Origin: an uncultured candidatus Porisulfidus sp. | GTDB lineage: Bacteria; Pseudomonadota; Gammaproteobacteria; Poriferisulfidales; Poriferisulfidaceae | Assembly (NCBI GenBank): GCA_965116025.1 | Contig: OZ220480.1 | Span: 1,216,001-1,280,000 of the forward strand | Reading direction: 5' to 3' | DNA: 64,000 nucleotides | Shown here: positions 42,928 through 52,723 of the stretch, piece by piece | Layout of the letters: every line of letters begins with the position of its first letter | Position numbering within the stretch: position 1 is the first letter of the stretch | The notes under the pieces: generated by a model | The model's database searches: none | The model's input: only the letters and a program-made list of their open reading frames with translations | Told to the model about the DNA's origin: nothing | Program-made: the position numbers and the translations under genes

Positions 42928-44865
42928 TCAGTGCTGCTCGGCGGCGCCGCCGATCGGGGAATCCGAGTCGCTCTTCTTCTCTGGGGGTTCCGTGGGGGTC
43001 GAGGACGCGCCGGGGTCGCTGTCCGGCGGGGTGTCCTCCCAGTCCTGAGGCGGGCGGACCGGCTGGCCCGCCATGATGTCGTCGATCTGCTCGCCGTCGA
43101 TGGTCTCGTACTTGATCAGGGCGTCGGCCATGCTATGCAATTTGTCGAGATTTTCGGTCAGAATCTCGCGCGCGCGCCGGTAGTTCTGGTCTATGATCCG
43201 GCGCACCTCCTCATCGATCGCCCGGGCGGTTCGGTCGGACATGGTCTTGTGCTGGGTCACGGAGTGCCCGAGGAACACCTCGCCGGCCTCCTCGCTGTAG
43301 GCCAGCGGCCCCAGCTTCTCGGACAGTCCCCATTTGGTGACCATGCTGCGGGCCAGCTCGGTGGCGCGCTCGATGTCGTTCTGCGCTCCGGTGGTGACCT
43401 TCTCCTCGCCGAAGATGATCTCCTCGGCCATGCGCCCGCCATACAGGGTGCAGATCTGGCTTTCGATGCGCTGCCGGGTGTTGCTGTAGCGGTCGTCCTC
43501 AGGCAGAAACATGGTCACGCCGAGGGCCCGCCCGCGCGGGATGATGGTGACCTTGTGCACCGGGTCGTGCTCGGGGACGGCGCGCCCGATGATCGCGTGG
43601 CCGGACTCGTGGTAGGCGGTCAGGCGCTTCTCCTCCTCGCTCATCACCATGGAGCGGCGCTCCGAGCCCATCATGATCTTGTCCTTGGCGTGCTCGAAGT
43701 CCTGCATGTCCACTTCTTTCTTGTTGTGGCGCGCCGCGTACAGGGCCGCCTCGTTAACCAGGTTCGCGAGATCGGCGCCGGAGAACCCCGGGGTTCCGCG
43801 GGCGATCACCTTCACCTTGACGTTCGATGTGGTCGGCACTTTGGCCATATGCACCTGGAGGATCTGCCCGCGTCCCCGAATGTCCGGCAACGGCACGACC
43901 ACTTGGCGATCGAAGCGCCCGGGGCGGAGCAGGGCCGGGTCCAGCACGTCGGGGCGGTTCGTGGCGGCGATGACGATAGTGCCCTCGTTGCCTTCGAAGC
44001 CGTCCATCTCCACCAGCAACTGGTTGAGCGTTTGCTCCCGCTCGTCGTGGCCGCCGCCGAGCCCGGCGCCGCGGTGGCGACCGACCGCGTCGATCTCGTC
44101 GATGAAGATGATGCTCGGTCCGTGCTTCTTGGCCTGGGTGAACATGTCGCGCACGCGCGACGCGCCGACCCCGACGAACATCTCGACGAAGTCGGAGCCG
44201 GAGATGCTGAAGAACGGCACCTTGGCCTCGCCGGCGATCGCCTTGGCCAGCAGGGTCTTGCCGGTCCCCGGCGAGCCGACCATCAGCACGCCGCGCGGGA
44301 TCTTGCCGCCGAGCTTCTGGAACTTCTCGGGGTCGCGCAGGAAGTCGACCAGCTCCTTGACCTCCTCCTTGGCCTCCTCGATGCCCGCGACGTCCTTGAA
44401 CGTGACCTTGTTCTCGTCCTCGGACATCAGGCGCGCCCGGCTCTTGCCGAACGACAGCGCGCCGCGACCTTGTCCGCCGCCCTGCATCTGCCGCATGAAG
44501 AAGATCCATACCCCGATCAGGAGCAGGAGCGGGAACCAGTGGATCAGGATCTCAAGAAAAAGCGATGGCTTCTCGCGCGGAATGCCGGTGACCTCGACGT
44601 TGTTCGCCAGCAGGTCGTCCATCAGCCTGGGATCCTGCAGGGCGGTAGTGGCGAACTCGCGGCCGTCAAGGAGCTCGCCGGTGATGGAGCGCTCGTCCGG
44701 ATCGATGTTGACGGAGCGGACCTGTCCAGACTTGACGCTGGCGATGAATTCGGAGTAGGCCAGCGAGGACGGCTTCTGCGAGACCGGAGCGAGGTTGTTG
44801 AACACCGACATGAGGACCGCGGCGATCGCGATCCACAGAATCAGGTTCTTCATCATGTTGCTCAT
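42928..44865 (-). CDS. ftsH: ATP-dependent zinc metalloprotease FtsH
   Basis: [33 protein letters not shown]. Confidence 0.98.
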   Translation of the reverse strand: MSNMMKNLILWIAIAAVLMSVFNNLAPVSQKPSSLAYSEFIASVKSGQVRSVNIDPDERSITGELLDGREFATTALQDPRLMDDLLANNVEVTGIPREKPSLFLEILIHWFPLLLLIGVWIFFMRQMQGGGQGRGALSFGKSRARLMSEDENKVTFKDVAGIEEAKEEVKELVDFLRDPEKFQKLGGKIPRGVLMVGSPGTGKTLLAKAIAGEAKVPFFSISGSDFVEMFVGVGASRVRDMFTQAKKHGPSIIFIDEIDAVGRHRGAGLGGGHDEREQTLNQLLVEMDGFEGNEGTIVIAATNRPDVLDPALLRPGRFDRQVVVPLPDIRGRGQILQVHMAKVPTTSNVKVKVIARGTPGFSGADLANLVNEAALYAARHNKKEVDMQDFEHAKDKIMMGSERRSMVMSEEEKRLTAYHESGHAIIGRAVPEHDPVHKVTIIPRGRALGVTMFLPEDDRYSNTRQRIESQICTLYGGRMAEEIIFGEEKVTTGAQNDIERATELARSMVTKWGLSEKLGPLAYSEEAGEVFLGHSVTQHKTMSDRTARAIDEEVRRIIDQNYRRAREILTENLDKLHSMADALIKYETIDGEQIDDIMAGQPVRPPQDWEDTPPDSDPGASSTPTEPPEKKSDSDSPIGGAAEQH

Positions 44866-45031
44866 GCGCGCGCGCTCCGCGAGTCCAAGTCCGCCCAAGC
44901 GCTAGGATAGCAGATACCGCGCGCGGCGGCGAGGCTCGCGCCCCTCATAATAACGGATATGGGGGAGAGGGCGAGGAGTTCCAAGCCTGCCGCGAGCTTC
45001 CGCGAGATTTGGGAGCGCGCCGGCGTGGGTT

Positions 45032-45037
45032 TATAAT
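45032..45037 (+). promoter_or_regulatory. Putative -10 box of autotransporter 2
   Basis: TATAAT upstream of the AGGAGG RBS and ATG 45085. Confidence 0.45.
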
Positions 45038-45084
45038 GCCCGTCTATCTGAACGCTAGGACCTATCCCGTATAGGAGGAGAATA

Positions 45085-48000
45085 ATGACCAAGAACCTTT
45101 CCGTTTTCGAGATTCGCGCCGCGCTTCGCGTCGCCTCGTCGTCTTCCCGCCTAGGGGGGGGGGGGGGGGGGGCATAGCCTCCGTTTCCTGACCGTTCTGG
45201 CCGGATTCACGGCCTTTCTCGCGGTTCCGCACTCCGCCGTCGCGGTGAACGAGTGCGGCGCTACCAGCCCGGTCACCTGCGGCGACGCGAGCTACGGCGG
45301 CAGCAGCGCCACTCCCACTCCCATCGAGTACACGGGTGAGACGGGGGGCCTGACGCTGACCGTGAGGCCTTCGGGAGAGATGACGACCATCAAGTCGTTC
45401 CTTCCTCCCGAGAATCCCGCCACCTCTCCCACCGATATCACCCAGGGCCGGAATTCCGGGATCGCCGTGATCGGCGCCGGGGCGCTGACGGTCCATCTGG
45501 AAAGCAAGGTGCGGATCGTGAACGAGGCCGGTGGGTGGGCTTCGCCCGTCCAGGCCACGTATACCACTGCTGGGCTCAGAGGGACCTTCATTGATCCCGA
45601 GTATGCTCGGGGTAGCAGAAACTACGGGATCTATGTCGGGAACGACCAAGCCGGCGACGCCAACAGAGCGGACAAGATCGAGATCGTGGTCGGGACCGAG
45701 ACAATGATCGGCGCTGATGACGCGCCCGTGGGGCTTTATGGCGTGATGGCGGAATACAGCCAAGATTCCGCTGATGGCGACGTGTCCATCGTGAACCGGG
45801 GCGAGATCTACGGGTACTACCGGGGAATCCACGTGCTTCATAAAGGCTCTGGAGACATCGCCGTCGAGACGGCGAAGGGCAGCGTGACCAGCAAGGGAAT
45901 CAATGTCCGCAACAGATCCGGGAAAGCGGGCGACATCACCATCACGAACCACGGGACGCTCACGAGCCTGAGGCAGTGGCCTCGCTACGCGAGCGCGATC
46001 TCGAGCGGGGTGGCCACGCTCCTTGATAATGACACGATTTTAGCTAGCGGCAACGACTTCACCCAAGACGGCATAAACGTCAACCATGAGGTCACGACCG
46101 CGCCGGCTTCCGGCGAGGATTCCAGCAGCGTGATCACGATCACCTCGAGCGGCGACATCACCGCCCTCAAGCATGCCATGGCCATCAGCACGTGGGGGAG
46201 CGACGATGCTTCGATCGTTCCGGTGATGATCGACGTGACGGGGGGCGTCCTCACGGCGGGCGATCGGAAAAAGACGCGTTATGGAGATGGGGTTTACGTT
46301 TATTCCGTCTACCACAAAGGCGGGCTCATCAAGGTGGACTTCGCCGGTGAGGTCGCCTGGACGGGGAGCGACGGGAAGGGGATCTACGTCTACCGATTCA
46401 GTTCGCCCGATCCCGATCCCGACGACCCGGTCAATCGGGACGTCGAGGTGACGCTGAAATCCGGCGCGCGGATTGGCGTGGACGGGGATGAGCCGACCAT
46501 AGCCAGGCACGGCGTCGAGATTAAGCAGGTCACCAGCGGGGGGACGATAAAGGTAGGCATCTCCGAGGGGGCGAGGATCGGGACCACGGAGACTCCGGTC
46601 GGCGGGTACGGCGCGTTCGCCCAGACCCTCAACTCTGATGACGGGAACGACATGACGATCACCAACGAGGGCTTCGTTCACGCGAGAGGCTCCGGACTGG
46701 TCGCTTGGAACTATGGCTGGGGAAACGCGGTGGTGAAGCACTTGGCGGGTAAGATCGTCGCGGGCGACGCGCCCAACCCGTTCGACGATCTGTTGGATGA
46801 TCACAAGACGGAGCTGGCGGACCTGAAGCCGCGGACGGCCGGCGTCTTCGCTTTCCACGGAGGCTCGAGACCCAAGACGCGCGATGGCGAGACGTTCGAC
46901 GGCAACGACCCCTCCACCTACGATGCCGAGATCGGGGAGATCGAGATCGAGTCGAAAGCGGACATCACGTCGAAGGGGGACGGGATTCTGGCCTACGTGA
47001 AGGACATGCAGGACACTCCGGGGCAGAGTCACGGCGCCGAGATGATCATCCCGATCACGATCAACGCGTCGGGCGGGATGATCACGGCGGACGGGCATGG
47101 GGTGCACGCGGAGACCGCCACCGTCTACGAGGACGAGGACGCGCCGAAAGCCGGGAAGATCAAGGTCACGGTGGGGGAGATGGCGACGATCCGAGCCAAG
47201 AAGGACGGCGTTCACGTCAAGGGCAAGCGGACGTTCGCCGCCAGCCACGCCCGGGCGGGGCAATACGACCAGACGGTCACGATCAACGGCAAGGTGTTGG
47301 GTGGCGACGGAGATTACGCCGGCGTTCGGATGGTGAAGGGCGGAACGCTGGTGGTCGGGCCGAAGGCGAAGGTGGAGGCTGCATCTGGAACCGCGGTGAA
47401 GTCGGACGGGGGGCTGACCATCACCATGAAGAAGGACGCGGTCGGACGCATTGGCTACGTCAAGGGGAAGATGCTCAACAGCGGAACGACGACTTTCGCG
47501 GGGGTGAAGGTGGACGGGGAATACATGCTCAGCCCGGGTCTCGAGACGCGCGGCGTGTACGACGTCTCCAGGGTCACCCTGAAGACGATCGAGGGCGGGC
47601 ACCAGTTCGAGGAATCGGGGCGGGCGTACCATGATCGGGCTCGAGTGTACGAGGCGTTGCCGTCGGTGCTGCTGGAGATGAGCGCTCCGGGCGGTCGTCA
47701 GGCGCGGCTGTCGGCGACGCGTGACGGCGGAGGGGTTTGGGCGCGAGTCATGGCGAGCGATGGCGAGCGCGAGGCGGAGACGTCCACGACGGCGATGGAC
47801 ACGACCGGACATGATTTGTCTTGGGACTTCGAGCGCTGGGGCGTGGAGACGGGCATCGTCGTTCCCACGGACCTGCCGGGCGTGACGCTGGGCGCGAGCG
47901 CGCATTACCGGGATGGCGAGGCGGACGTCAAGCGTGGCGGGAAGATCGATGTCTCGGGCGTGGGCGTCGGGGCTTCGGCGACTTGGCGAGGAGAGGACGG

Positions 48001-48532
48001 CTGGCACGCGGACGGGGAGCTCTCGTACACGCGTTTCGAGGACATTGACTTAAGTTCGGATGCGCGCGGGATGGTGGCGTCCGGTCTGGACGGAGACGGC
48101 CACGCGATCGGCGTGGAGGTCGGCAAGCGAATGGAGATGGACGGCATGACGGTGATCCCTCGTGGTGGGTTGACCTGGTCGTCGGTGGACATTGATGGCT
48201 TCGCCGACGTGTCGGGCGTTATGGGCAGCGGTCGGGTGGAGTCCAGTTCGGAGGACAGCCTCAAGGCGCGGGTCGGGGCGTTGCTGGAGAACGGCCAGAC
48301 GTACGCCTCATTGGACGTGGAGCATGAGCTCTCGGAGGATCGGGAGGTCATGGCGTCGGGAGAGCGCCTGCGCTCGGAGGCGGAATCGACGTGGGCGCGT
48401 TTGGGCGTCGGGGGCGTGATGGTCCTGGACGCGAAGGGGGAGTCGACGCTATCGGCGGACGCGCACTACGCGGCGTCGGGTGGCGATAATCACGATTATG
48501 GCGCGAGCGTCCTGCTGAAGGTTCGCTTCTGA
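45085..48532 (+). CDS. Autotransporter 2 (paralog of AT1), frameshifted at a G19 tract (phase OFF as assembled)
   Basis: AGGAGG RBS, ATG 45085 gives MTKNLSVFEIRAALRVASSSSRLGGGGGGA*; removing one G joins it to HSLRFLTVLAGFTAFLAVPHSAVA-VNEC and ORF 45245..48532; ends DYGASVLLKVRF. Confidence 0.88.
45154..45172 (+). repeat. Poly-G homopolymer (G19)
   Basis: 19 consecutive G. Confidence 0.95.
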
Positions 48533-48544
48533 TCGGCAAGTGAT

Positions 48545-48575
48545 CGCGGCCCCGGCGTTTCAAGCCGGGGCCGCG
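48545..48575 (+). terminator. 12-bp GC-rich hairpin 3' of autotransporter 2
   Basis: CGCGGCCCCGGC-7 nt-GCCGGGGCCGCG, same stem as behind AT1. Confidence 0.6.
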
Positions 48576-48673
48576 TCAAAACCGGCGCGGCTCGCGAAAT
48601 AGTCGCCTCCGGGCGGCCAGCAAGCGGGCGCTCATATGGGCGAATCCTATAATCTCCCGCGGGAGACAGTCCG

Positions 48674-49399
48674 ATGAGTCCGTTCACCCTGTTCGTGTCC
48701 GACCTGCACCTCGATGCCGCCCGCCCGGCTCTGGTGCGGGAGTTCGTCCGATTCCTCCGAAGCGAGGCGCACCGGGCGGAGGCCCTGTATATTCTCGGCG
48801 ATCTGTTCGAGTTCTGGATTGGCGACGACGATCCGGTCGAAGGCCTGGACGAGGTCATCGACGCCTTGCGGGAGTTGCGCGCGCGGGGGGTCGCGGCGCG
48901 GTTCCAGCATGGAAACCGGGACTTTCTTCTAGGGGAGCGTTTCGCTCGACGCGCCGGGATCGAGATTCTGCCGGAGCGCCAAGTCATCGACCTGCATGGT
49001 CGGGCGACCTTGATCGAGCATGGCGATTTGCTGTGCACCGACGACCGGGCCTATCAGCGCTATCGCCGCCGCATTCGTCATCCGATCAGCCGAGCGTTGC
49101 TCAGCCGATTGCCGCGCTCGCTTCGACTGATGATGGGCCAGCGTTTGCGTCGAGCCAGCGCGGAGGCGGTGGCCGGAAAGCCACCGGAGATCATGGACGT
49201 GAGCGAGGCGACGGTCCGCGCGGTTCTGCGCTCGACCGGGACGCGCGCGATGATTCACGGTCATACGCACCGCCCCGCCGTTCACCGCTTCGACCTGGAC
49301 GGAAAGCCCGCCGTGCGGGCCGTGCTGGGGGACTGGTATGAGCGGGGCAGCTGGCTTGTGGCGGACCGCGACGGGTTCCATCCGCGCGAGGCGGCTTGA
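48674..49399 (+). CDS. lpxH: UDP-2,3-diacylglucosamine hydrolase
   Basis: FVSDLHL, ILGDLFEFWIGDD, HGNRDFLLG, HGDLLCTDD, HGHTHRP, VLGDW. Confidence 0.95.
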   Translation: MSPFTLFVSDLHLDAARPALVREFVRFLRSEAHRAEALYILGDLFEFWIGDDDPVEGLDEVIDALRELRARGVAARFQHGNRDFLLGERFARRAGIEILPERQVIDLHGRATLIEHGDLLCTDDRAYQRYRRRIRHPISRALLSRLPRSLRLMMGQRLRRASAEAVAGKPPEIMDVSEATVRAVLRSTGTRAMIHGHTHRPAVHRFDLDGKPAVRAVLGDWYERGSWLVADRDGFHPREAA

Positions 49400-49409
49400 G
49401 CGGGAGAGG

Positions 49410-50651
49410 TCAGCCAGCGCGGTCTCCGTCGTCCTTGAGCGCGAGAACCAGGTCCATGACGTTGGTGCCGGTCGGCCCGGTGGTGATGAGCGCGTCCACA
49501 GCGGCTAGGTAGCTTCCCGCGTCGGCGCGCGCGAGCGAGCTCCGGGCGTCCAGGCCGAGCGCGCTCCCGCGCTCTAGAGTCTTCCCGTCGACTTCCCCTC
49601 CGGCATCCTCGGTCGGGCCATCCGTGCCATCCGTGCCGCAGGCGAGCAAGCGAACGCCCTCGAAGCCGTCCAGCCGCGTCGCCGCCGCCAAGGCGAGGTG
49701 CTGGTTGCGTCCACCTCGCCCCGGGTTTTCGGGCAAGAGGACGGTGGTCTCGCCGCCCCAGACGTGCAGGCCCGCGGGCGTGTCGCTCCGCTTCAGTCGC
49801 TCGGCCAGCGCGATCCCGATTTTCTCCGCCTCTCCGTCCAGAAATTCCGGGTGCATGCGCGCGGTCAGTCCGAGCTCTTCGGCCCGTCGTGCCGCCGCTT
49901 CTTTCGCGTGGTCCAGAGTGGCGATGATATGGGAGCGCAGGTTTCGAAACGCCTCTGGGGGCGGCGTCGGCGCGCGTCCGGCTTTCTCGATTAACTTACG
50001 GGTCTCCTCGGACAGGGACGCGGGCAGGGTCTCGTCGGGCGCCGGGGTTAGCGGGCCGGACCCGATCACCGCGGGGTCGTCGCCGGGCACGTCCGAGATC
50101 ATCAGGGCGCAGGTCTGGCGCCCTTCCAGATAATGAGCGAGGCGGCCACCCTTGACGAGGGACACGGCGCGGCGCGCCGCGTTCATCTCGGTAATGGTCA
50201 GTCCCTCAGCCAGCATTCGCTCGGTGATCTCGCTCAAGCCGCGCAGGTCCAGGTTGGGCGCCAACGCTTCGACCAGGCTGGATGCGCCGCCCGAGATCAG
50301 CGCGAGAAAGCGGGCGTCCGCCGGCGCCTCGCCCAGAAAATCCAGCAGTCCGCGGCCAGCCCGGAGGCTCGCCTCTCCGGGAACCGGATGGTCCGACTCG
50401 ACGCGCTCGATCTGCGGGAACCCTTTCAACTCGTCACCCAGGTGGCCGCGCTTGGTGATGACCAGGCCGCGCCGGGGCGCTGGCCGGACGCGCAACGCCC
50501 CGAGCGTCATCGCCGAGGCCGCCTTTCCGAACGCGATCAGATGGTCGTACTCGACTTCCCGGTGACTCTCGAGCCATCGGGCCACGGCCTTGGCCCCGCT
50601 CACCCGGGCTAAAGCGGCTTCCAGAACGTCGCGGAGCGGGTGAGCGCTCAT
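49410..50651 (-). CDS. Glycerate 2-kinase (MOFRL family)
   Basis: GKAA, DHPVP, ISGGASSL, SDVPGDD, GGETTV, GRGGRNQ, TDGTDGPT, TGPTGTNVMD. Confidence 0.92.
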   Translation of the reverse strand: MSAHPLRDVLEAALARVSGAKAVARWLESHREVEYDHLIAFGKAASAMTLGALRVRPAPRRGLVITKRGHLGDELKGFPQIERVESDHPVPGEASLRAGRGLLDFLGEAPADARFLALISGGASSLVEALAPNLDLRGLSEITERMLAEGLTITEMNAARRAVSLVKGGRLAHYLEGRQTCALMISDVPGDDPAVIGSGPLTPAPDETLPASLSEETRKLIEKAGRAPTPPPEAFRNLRSHIIATLDHAKEAAARRAEELGLTARMHPEFLDGEAEKIGIALAERLKRSDTPAGLHVWGGETTVLLPENPGRGGRNQHLALAAATRLDGFEGVRLLACGTDGTDGPTEDAGGEVDGKTLERGSALGLDARSSLARADAGSYLAAVDALITTGPTGTNVMDLVLALKDDGDRAG

Positions 50652-51220
50652 GGCAGGATCAGCACCATGGTGCCGACGGAGACCTGATCGAATAGCTCGA
50701 CCACGTCGTCTCCTCGCATGCGCACGCAACCGATCGAGGCGGGCTGGCCGATCAACCCTTCCTCGTGAGTCCCGTGTATATAGATGTAACGGCGGTAGGA
50801 GTCCGTGCTCCCGCCTTGGTTGACGCCAGGCTCGAGTCCGTCCAGCCACAGGATCCGGGTCGTGACGCGATCCAGTCCGGTCGCGCGCGGCTTGGTCTCG
50901 ACTTCGGCCCGCTCCGCTTGCGCGATCCGGCCTCGGAAGATGGTGTGCAGGGCGGAGCCGTCGCCGATACGCTCCGCGATCCGGTGCGCTCCGGGTGGCG
51001 TCTTTCCGCTACCTTCCTGTCCCCCGACGCCGTGGCGGGAAGTCGAGACGGGCCAGGACTGGCGCGGCCGGCCTTCTCCGAGCAGGTGCAGGGATTGCCT
51101 TGGAACGCTGATCAGGCACATCGGGGGGTAGGGACACCGCGGGAAGCGCGCGCGCGCGGTGGCGGCCCGCGCCAGGTCTTCGGGCGTGGGGAAGGCTTCG
51201 GGAGATGGGCCCGGACGCAC
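50648..51220 (-). CDS. L,D-transpeptidase (YkuD family)
   Basis: VSTS, KTPPG, YIYIHGT..GQPASIGCVRM. Confidence 0.9.
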   Translation of the reverse strand: MRPGPSPEAFPTPEDLARAATARARFPRCPYPPMCLISVPRQSLHLLGEGRPRQSWPVSTSRHGVGGQEGSGKTPPGAHRIAERIGDGSALHTIFRGRIAQAERAEVETKPRATGLDRVTTRILWLDGLEPGVNQGGSTDSYRRYIYIHGTHEEGLIGQPASIGCVRMRGDDVVELFDQVSVGTMVLILP

Positions 51221-51224
51221 GGAA

Positions 51225-52718
51225 TCAGGCGGCCTGATTCCGGGATCCAGAGACGCGGGGGGCGGTCTTGGCGTGGCGGCGCTGGGCCAGCTCGTCGAGA
51301 TATCCGTCCGGCATGCCGGTCACGTAGTCGCCGGTGAACACGGAGCAGTCGAAGTCTCGCAGATCCGGGTTTCCGTCCTGAACGGCGGCGATGAGGTCCG
51401 CTAGATCTTGGTAGATCAAGCGGTCGGCGCCGATGGCCTCGCACACTTCCGGGATATCGCGGTCGTGCGCGATCAGCTCCTCGCAGCTGGGCATGTCGAT
51501 GCCGTAGACGTTGGGATGGCGGATGGGTGGCGAGGCGGAGCAGAAATAGACCTTTCGGGCTCCGGCGTCCCGCGCCATCCGCACGATCTCGCGCGAGGTC
51601 GTGCCGCGCACGATAGAGTCGTCGACCAGCAGCACGTTGGCTCCTTCGTATTCGTTGCGGATCGGATTGAGCTTGCGCCGCACGGACTGGCGGCGGACTC
51701 GCGCCTCGGGCATGATGAACGTGCGCCCGATGTAGCGATTCTTGATGAAGCCCTCGCGGTAGGGTCGGTTCAGTCGGTAGGCCATCTCCAGCGCCGCGGT
51801 GCGGCTGGTGTCGGGGATCGGGATGACCACGTCGATATCGTGGTCCGGCCATTCGCGCAGGATCTTGTTCGCCAGGCGCTTGCCCATGCGCATTCGCGAG
51901 CGTTGCACCGACACCCCGTTCATCACCGAGTCCGGTCGAGCGAAGTAGACGTACTCGAAGATGCACGGCGAGCGGGTCTCGCGGCCGCAGATCTCGCTAT
52001 GCACGGATCCGTCCAAGCCGATGAGCAGGGCCTCGCCCGGCTCAAGCTCGCGCTCCAGGGTGAAGCCCAGCATGTCCATCGCCACGCTCTCCGACGCGAC
52101 GATGCGCTCCGGTCCCTCTCCAGTGTCTCGAACGCCGTACGCCAGCGGGCGGATCCCGTGCGGGTCACGGAACGCCAGCACGCCCCAGTCCGCGATCAGG
52201 CATACCGCCGCGTACGCGCCGACGCAACGCTGGTTGACTCCGCGCACGGCCTGGAACAGTTCCCGGGGGTCGCGCGCGTCGGACTCGGGGCGCGCCAGCA
52301 GCTCGTGCGCGAGGACATTGAGCAGGATCTCGGAGTCGGACTCGGTGTTGATGTGGCGCCGGTCCTCGCGGAACAGCTCCCGGCGCAACGCCTCGGCGTT
52401 CACCAGGTTTCCGTTGTGTCCGAGCGCGATGCCGTATGGAGAGTTGACGTACAGAGGTTGGGCCTCCTCGGACTTCTCGGTGCCGGCGGTGGGGTAGCGC
52501 AGGTGACCGATGCCGGCCTCGCCGCGCAGGCGCGCCAGTCGCTTGCCGCGAAACACGTCGCGCACCAGGCCATTGCCCCGCACCTGGTGCAATCGTCCCT
52601 CGCGGTCGCAGGTGGTCAGTCCTGCCGCGTCCTGCCCCCGGTGCTGCAGCACGTTCAGCCCCTCGTGCAGGTCCTGCGCGACGGGTCCACGCCCCACGAT
52701 GCCGATCAAGCCGCACAC
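51225..52718 (-). CDS. purF: Amidophosphoribosyltransferase
   Basis: GTG start then CGLIG, LQHRGQDAAG, CIFEYVYFARPDS, LVDDSIVRGTT. Confidence 0.97.
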   Translation of the reverse strand: MCGLIGIVGRGPVAQDLHEGLNVLQHRGQDAAGLTTCDREGRLHQVRGNGLVRDVFRGKRLARLRGEAGIGHLRYPTAGTEKSEEAQPLYVNSPYGIALGHNGNLVNAEALRRELFREDRRHINTESDSEILLNVLAHELLARPESDARDPRELFQAVRGVNQRCVGAYAAVCLIADWGVLAFRDPHGIRPLAYGVRDTGEGPERIVASESVAMDMLGFTLERELEPGEALLIGLDGSVHSEICGRETRSPCIFEYVYFARPDSVMNGVSVQRSRMRMGKRLANKILREWPDHDIDVVIPIPDTSRTAALEMAYRLNRPYREGFIKNRYIGRTFIMPEARVRRQSVRRKLNPIRNEYEGANVLLVDDSIVRGTTSREIVRMARDAGARKVYFCSASPPIRHPNVYGIDMPSCEELIAHDRDIPEVCEAIGADRLIYQDLADLIAAVQDGNPDLRDFDCSVFTGDYVTGMPDGYLDELAQRRHAKTAPRVSGSRNQAA

Positions 52719-52723
52719 GACCG

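Noticed and set aside
20515-48532. Diversity-generating retroelement explaining AT1/AT2 variation
   Set aside because: No reverse transcriptase, and the differences are not adenine-specific.
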